Source: an uncultured Faecalibacterium sp.
GTDB lineage: Bacteria > Bacillota > Clostridia > Oscillospirales > Acutalibacteraceae
Assembly (NCBI GenBank): GCA_964495955.1
Contig: CAZBXS010000001.1
Location: 1-39,952 of the forward strand
Direction of reading: 5' to 3'
DNA: 39,952 bases
The position numbers were made by a program, and so were the translations under genes. The notes beneath the pieces were generated by a model. The model ran no database searches. It had not been told where the DNA came from and saw nothing but the letters and a program-made list of their open reading frames with translations. Shown here piece by piece: positions 35,102 through 39,952 of the stretch. Within the stretch, counting starts at the first letter, position 1, and each line of letters opens with the position of its first letter.

Positions 35102-36763
35102 ATGGAAGAAGTAAAAGTTTCTAATTTTATCCACGATTTTATAGACGAAGACCTTGAAAAAGGCGTATATGACCATGTACAGACCCGTTTTCCGCCCGAA
35201 CCCAACGGATACCTTCATATCGGTCACGCCAAGGCGATTTGCATTAACTTTACGACAGCTAAAAAGTACGGCGGTGTATGCAATCTCAGACTTGACGACA
35301 CGAACCCGACAAAAGAAGACGTCGAATATGTCGATTCGATTCAAGAGGACATAAAATGGCTCGGCTTCGAATGGAACAAGGTGCTGTACGCATCAAGCTA
35401 TTTCGATTTCATCTATGACTGCGCCGTTAAGCTCATCAAAATGGGCAAGGCCTATGTCGATGACCTTTCGGCTGAGGAAATAAGACAGTACAGAGGTACT
35501 CTCACCGAGCCCGGAAAGGACAGTCCTTACAAAAACCGTTCAATAGAGGAAAACTTGGACTTGTTCCAAAGAATGACCGACGGCGAATTCCCCGACGGCG
35601 CGAAGGTACTCAGAGCTAAAATAGATATGGCATCGCCCAATATGAATATGCGCGACCCGGTTATCTACAGAATAGCTCACGTTTCCCATCACCAGACCGG
35701 TGACAAGTGGTGCGTATATCCGATGTACGACTTCGCTCATCCCCTTTCGGACACAAGAGAGGGCGTCACTCACTCGCTGTGTTCGCTTGAATTTGAAAAT
35801 CACAGACCGCTGTACGACTGGTTTTTAAGAGAACTCGAGCTCGATCAGCCGTCAAGACAGATCGAATTTGCCCGTCTTAACCTCAACTACTGCCTGACAA
35901 GCAAGAGAAAATGCTTACAGCTTGTCAACGAGGGCATAGTCGACGGCTGGAACGATCCGAGAATGGTGACCATCAGCGGTATGCGCCGCAGAGGTTATCC
36001 CGCGGCGGCGATAAGAGAATTTTGCGACCGCATAGGCGTTTCCAAAGCCTACAGTGTCGTTGACTTCGGACTTTTGGAGGCGTGCGTTCGAGACGATCTT
36101 AACCTAAACGCTCAAAGAGCTATGGCTGTTCTTCGTCCCTTAAAGGTGGTAATCGACAATTATCCCGACGGAAAGACGGAGGAAATACAGGTTGAGATAA
36201 ACCCGAATAAGCCCGAACTCGGAACGAGAACGGTTAAGTTCTCCAAGGAGATTTACGTCGAGCAGGAAGACTTTATGGCACAGCCCATTAAAAAGTATTT
36301 CAGACTTTATCCCGGAAACGAGGTCAGACTCAAGGGCGCATATTTCGTCACCTGTACGGATTACGAAACGGATGATGACGGAAATGTAACCGTTGTTCAC
36401 TGCACCTACGACCCCGAAACAAAGGGCGGTGACTCACCCGACGGAAGAAAGGTCAAGGGCACTCTCCACTGGGTCAGCGCGGCAGACAGCGTAAAATGTG
36501 AGGTCAGACTTTACGACAGGCTGTTCAACGTCGAAAATCCGTCCGACGAAGCTAACGGAAGCTTCACCGATAACCTTAATCCCAACTCACTCATTGTCTT
36601 GAACGACTGCTTAGTCGAAGGCTCTTTAAAGGACGCTAAGGTCGGAGATGTGTTCCAGTTTATGCGTCAGGGCTATTTCTGTGTCGACACTTCAAGCAGT
36701 GAAGACAAGCTCGTATTTAACAGAACAGTGGCTTTGAACTCATCGTTCCAAGCTAAAAAATAA
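35102..36763 (+). CDS. glnS: Glutamine--tRNA ligase
   Basis: [17 protein letters not shown] (HIGH), LRLDDTNP and LTSKRK (KMSKS). At 553 aa it has the typical GlnRS size. AAGGAG RBS 13 nt after the gltX stop. Confidence 0.9.
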   Translation: MEEVKVSNFIHDFIDEDLEKGVYDHVQTRFPPEPNGYLHIGHAKAICINFTTAKKYGGVCNLRLDDTNPTKEDVEYVDSIQEDIKWLGFEWNKVLYASSYFDFIYDCAVKLIKMGKAYVDDLSAEEIRQYRGTLTEPGKDSPYKNRSIEENLDLFQRMTDGEFPDGAKVLRAKIDMASPNMNMRDPVIYRIAHVSHHQTGDKWCVYPMYDFAHPLSDTREGVTHSLCSLEFENHRPLYDWFLRELELDQPSRQIEFARLNLNYCLTSKRKCLQLVNEGIVDGWNDPRMVTISGMRRRGYPAAAIREFCDRIGVSKAYSVVDFGLLEACVRDDLNLNAQRAMAVLRPLKVVIDNYPDGKTEEIQVEINPNKPELGTRTVKFSKEIYVEQEDFMAQPIKKYFRLYPGNEVRLKGAYFVTCTDYETDDDGNVTVVHCTYDPETKGGDSPDGRKVKGTLHWVSAADSVKCEVRLYDRLFNVENPSDEANGSFTDNLNPNSLIVLNDCLVEGSLKDAKVGDVFQFMRQGYFCVDTSSSEDKLVFNRTVALNSSFQAKK

Positions 36764-36781
36764 TAAAGGCAGGAAAATATT

Positions 36782-37471
36782 ATGAATTTATCTTACAGAA
36801 TTTCAACGGCTATACTCGGCTTCGGCTCGATACTTTGTGCGTTTTTCCTCAAGTTTTTCACTTTCACGATAACCGCCGTTATCATAAACAAAACTTACAG
36901 CTACTCGATTTTCGAAGCTATAAAAGAGCTTGTCAGCCGTAGCGGTTCAAGCGGTGGCGAAGGCGGCGACAATTCAGCTGTTTTGGAGATACTCGATCCA
37001 ATGCTCAAACCGGCTATCACATTTTTCGTACTTGTTGCCGTAGCTTGTCTTTTCGCACTGGCTATATCAATAATTTCCGGCGTAAGCAATCTTCACGTTC
37101 CGCAGGCTATTCTTTCGGGCGTCGGATTTATTCTCCTCATCATTGCGGCAGGTTGCGGTGCCAACGCACTTAACTGTCTGACAGGTGATGAACCTGCGGT
37201 TTCGCTCGCATCTCTTGCAACTGCGGCAGCAGGTGAACTGACCAAGGATAACGCTTTGTCAACTCTCGGCTCGGCATTGTCCAAGGTACAGGTAGCACAG
37301 CTTTCTTACGGATTTTATATTGTACTTGCTATATTCGCCGTCATCTTCATCATGAGCCTTATTTTCGGCTTCCTTTATAACAGCGACCAGCCGAAGAAGG
37401 CTTCGAAGAAGCACAAAAAAGAATACAAGAGAAAAAAGCCGATGAAGAAGCTCAGCGCTATCGGCAGATAA
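36782..37471 (+). CDS. Membrane protein of unknown function (4 TM, Lys-rich C-terminal tail)
   Basis: 229-aa hydrophobic ORF starting 18 nt after glnS. The C-terminus is KKASKKHKKEYKRKKPMKK. I recognised no family motif. Confidence 0.55.
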   Translation: MNLSYRISTAILGFGSILCAFFLKFFTFTITAVIINKTYSYSIFEAIKELVSRSGSSGGEGGDNSAVLEILDPMLKPAITFFVLVAVACLFALAISIISGVSNLHVPQAILSGVGFILLIIAAGCGANALNCLTGDEPAVSLASLATAAAGELTKDNALSTLGSALSKVQVAQLSYGFYIVLAIFAVIFIMSLIFGFLYNSDQPKKASKKHKKEYKRKKPMKKLSAIGR

Positions 37472-37479
37472 AATAATTT

Positions 37480-37515
37480 AAACGCCGACTTGCTTTGCAA
37501 TTCGGCGTTTTGGTT
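37480..37515 (+). terminator. Rho-independent terminator after the gltX / glnS / membrane-protein operon
   Basis: 9-bp stem aaacgccga / tcggcgttt with a 13-nt loop (inner ttgc/gcaa pairing), running into TTTTGGTT. Confidence 0.65.
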
Positions 37516-37569
37516 AGTCGGTTAAAAACTAACAGGCAGATATAATTTTCTCAAGAAGATGAACTCTCT

Positions 37570-37629
37570 GCTACGGACGGCGTGCGCAGTAGCTTGCGAG
37601 TGCACGCTTACGGCGGTGAAACCGCCGTA
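37570..37629. repeat. GC-rich hairpin intergenic element (copy B)
   Basis: gcgtgcgc-agtagcttgcga-gtgcacgc (37579-37606) matches the middle hairpin of copy A at about 25 of 28 positions in the same orientation. It is followed by the hairpin tacggcgg-tgaaa-ccgccgta, which resembles the first hairpin of copy A. Confidence 0.65.
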
Positions 37630-37668
37630 CCAAACAGCAGACAATCAAACTTATAACGGAGGTAAAAA

Positions 37669-37962
37669 ATGGCATCGATTTTAGATCAAATCAAAGACGA
37701 CGACCCTGAGGCAGTCGCACTTGTAACGGTAACGGACACCGACGGAGTTACGGCAGAATATGAATTTCTCGATATCATAAATTTCAAAAACAACGAATAC
37801 GCAATCCTATGTACACAGGAAAACGACGGCTTCGTCGACATATTCGAAATACTATCGAGTGAAAATGAAGAAAAATACAAGCGTGTCACAGATGACGAAG
37901 TACTCGACGGGGTTTTCAGAATTTTTATGATAAAAAACGAAGACGAATTTGACTTTGAGTAA
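37669..37962 (+). CDS. DUF1292 family small acidic protein
   Basis: 97 aa, very acidic. The core YEFLDIINFKNNEYAIL...DGFVDIFEI resembles DUF1292 proteins. GGAGG RBS. Confidence 0.6.
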   Translation: MASILDQIKDDDPEAVALVTVTDTDGVTAEYEFLDIINFKNNEYAILCTQENDGFVDIFEILSSENEEKYKRVTDDEVLDGVFRIFMIKNEDEFDFE

Positions 37963-38062
37963 ATAATAAATTAGCTAAAAACCGTACATAATGAATTCAT
38001 CTAAACCGTAATATTTTAATGTAAAGTAGTGGAAGAAAAATGAAAAAACGGAGGTAATCGTT

Positions 38063-39892
38063 ATGTGTGGAATTATCGGATATATCGGAAAAGAAAATGC
38101 AACGCCGTATCTCGTTTCGGGTCTTGAAAAACTCGAATACAGAGGTTACGACTCGGCAGGTATCGCCGTTATAAACAAAGGAAAAATAGACACCGTTAAG
38201 TCTAAAGGCAGGCTTTCTTTTCTCGAAGAAAAAATCGAAAGTACAGGTTTCGTCGGCGGAACGGTGGGAATCGGTCACACACGTTGGGCTACGCACGGAG
38301 AGCCGTCAGACGAAAACTCTCACCCGCATTTAAGCCAAAGCGGACTGTTCGCCGTCGTTCACAACGGGATAATCGAAAATTATTCTTCCCTAAAAAACGA
38401 GCTGATATCTCAAGGGTACAAATTCAATTCACAGACGGACACCGAAGTCGTGTCTCACCTTTTGGAGAAAAACTATAACGGCGACTTTCTTCTTGCCGTC
38501 AAAAAAACAGCCGACAAGTTAGAAGGTTCTTATGCGCTGGGAATACTTTGTAAAGACAGACCCGACGAATTTGTCTGTGTAAGAAAGTCAAGTCCTCTCA
38601 TAGTCGGAACGGGCGACAACGGAAATTTCATCTCGTCCGATATCACGGCTATACTCGGCTGTACAAACGAAATATATAAGCTCTCGGACGGCGAAATCGC
38701 TTTGATTAAGAGAAATTCACTCGAATTTTTTGACAGTGAACTTGTACCGATAAAAAAGGTAAAAGAGAAAATCACTTGGGACATTTCGTCGGCAGAAAAG
38801 TGCGGATACGAACACTTCATGTTAAAAGAAATCATGGAGCAACCCGAAGCTATTCGAGCGACCGTTTCACCGAGAATTAACACCGAAAGCGAAATAGTAT
38901 TAGACTCGGTGACGCTGACTAAAGAACAAATGCAAAACATTAAAAAGGCTTTCATAGTCGCCTGCGGTTCGGCTTATCACGTCGGCGTTCTCGGAAAATA
39001 TGTCATAGAAAAGTTGACCGGGATATCGGTCGAAGTCGATATTGCGTCGGAATTTCGCTACAGAGACCCGATTGTCGATGAAAACACCCTCGTTATAATA
39101 ATTTCTCAAAGCGGAGAAACCGCCGATACTCTCGCCGCACTTCGAATGGCGAAAGAGAAAGGTGCCCGTATTCTGTCCGTCGTAAATGTTGTCGGAAGTT
39201 CGATTGCGAGCGAAAGTGACGATGTACTTTATACGTGGGCAGGGCCCGAAATCGCCGTTGCGACGACGAAAGCGTATTCGACGCAGGTATTTATGATGTA
39301 CTTGTTAGCGATATATATGGCGCAAAAACTCGGCAAAATCAGTCCTGACGAAACAAGAAAACTAATGTCGGAACTTATGGCGATACCCGACAAAATGGAA
39401 AAAATATTAAAATCGGCTAATAAAACCGAAAAGCTGTCCGATATATTTTTGCCTCTCGAACACGCCTATTTTATCGGCAGGAACATTGACTACGCCGTAG
39501 CACTCGAAGCGTCGTTAAAGCTCAAAGAAATCAGCTATATACATTCCGAAGCATACGGCGCAGGCGAGCTGAAACACGGAACGATATCCCTAATTGAAAA
39601 CGGGACGCTTGTCGTAGCTTTAGCCTGTTGTGACGCTATTTTCCAAAAGACGTTAAGCAACATAAAAGAAGTCAAAGCAAGAGGTGCAACGGTTTTGTGC
39701 GTTACGACAGAAAAGCACAAAGACGAAGTACCCGACGCAGATTATATAATCACTGTTCCCGAAACGAACGAACTTTTTATAGGTTCTCTCGAAGTCGTAC
39801 AAATGCAACTGTTATCGTATTACGCCGCAAAAAGCAGAGGTTGCGACATCGACAAACCGAGAAATCTCGCAAAGTCCGTAACGGTAGAATAA
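38063..39892 (+). CDS. glmS: Glutamine--fructose-6-phosphate aminotransferase (isomerizing)
   Basis: 609 aa. The MCGIIGYIG N-terminal nucleophile Cys, two SIS domains (SQSGETADT) and the C-terminal KSVTVE are all typical of GlmS. Confidence 0.95.
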   Translation: MCGIIGYIGKENATPYLVSGLEKLEYRGYDSAGIAVINKGKIDTVKSKGRLSFLEEKIESTGFVGGTVGIGHTRWATHGEPSDENSHPHLSQSGLFAVVHNGIIENYSSLKNELISQGYKFNSQTDTEVVSHLLEKNYNGDFLLAVKKTADKLEGSYALGILCKDRPDEFVCVRKSSPLIVGTGDNGNFISSDITAILGCTNEIYKLSDGEIALIKRNSLEFFDSELVPIKKVKEKITWDISSAEKCGYEHFMLKEIMEQPEAIRATVSPRINTESEIVLDSVTLTKEQMQNIKKAFIVACGSAYHVGVLGKYVIEKLTGISVEVDIASEFRYRDPIVDENTLVIIISQSGETADTLAALRMAKEKGARILSVVNVVGSSIASESDDVLYTWAGPEIAVATTKAYSTQVFMMYLLAIYMAQKLGKISPDETRKLMSELMAIPDKMEKILKSANKTEKLSDIFLPLEHAYFIGRNIDYAVALEASLKLKEISYIHSEAYGAGELKHGTISLIENGTLVVALACCDAIFQKTLSNIKEVKARGATVLCVTTEKHKDEVPDADYIITVPETNELFIGSLEVVQMQLLSYYAAKSRGCDIDKPRNLAKSVTVE

Positions 39893-39952
39893 ACTGAAAT
39901 GTACACACCAAAACTCTGTATTAAAACAGTTAGTGGAGCGTATCGGTATTGA

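Noticed and set aside
37963-38062. Looked for a glmS ribozyme upstream of glmS.
   Set aside because: Only 100 nt of AT-rich spacer separate DUF1292 from glmS, too short for the ribozyme, which I recall as being considerably longer. I could not find its conserved GC-rich core segments.

Overview
About 40 kb of chromosomal DNA that looks like a spore-forming Clostridia (Bacillota) genome. Supporting signs are spoIID, the LL-DAP aminotransferase route, an Rnf complex, GGAGG-type ribosome binding sites and TTGACA/TATAAT sigma-A promoters. Positions 168-32204 are coded almost entirely on the minus strand (only spoIID is plus), and 32560-39892 is coded on the plus strand.

Gene content, left to right:
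- CDF metal exporter and MscS-like channel
- a three-gene cluster of condensation enzyme, acyl-AMP ligase and carrier protein
- mutS2, recO, a yqzL-like small ORF that is absent from the supplied ORF track, and era
- a zinc-ribbon/PASTA protein whose kinase domain appears catalytically dead
- an unknown polytopic membrane protein, citrate synthase and spoIID
- a secreted lipase, then dapL, dapF and pyrG
- two large secreted proteins: an FN3/Big_2 protein and an LCAT-like hydrolase with Cys in place of the nucleophilic Ser
- a nine-gene apbE / NusG_II / Gx / rnfCDGEAB unit
- a split TSUP (TauE/SafE) transporter
- gltX, glnS, a membrane protein, a DUF1292 protein and glmS

I saw no rRNA, tRNA, CRISPR array, transposase, integrase or recognisable defence genes. 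This is mostly a housekeeping region.

The items most worth follow-up:
1. the minimal C / ligase / ACP acyl-conjugate cluster
2. the PASTA pseudokinase translationally linked to era
3. a roughly 93-nt transcription unit with a perfect consensus promoter and an intrinsic terminator upstream of the apbE-rnf operon, next to a Rex-like operator
4. a GC-rich multi-hairpin repeat present in two intergenic regions
5. the Cys-variant LCAT-like exoenzyme

All protein family calls come from motif recognition by eye. No database search was run.
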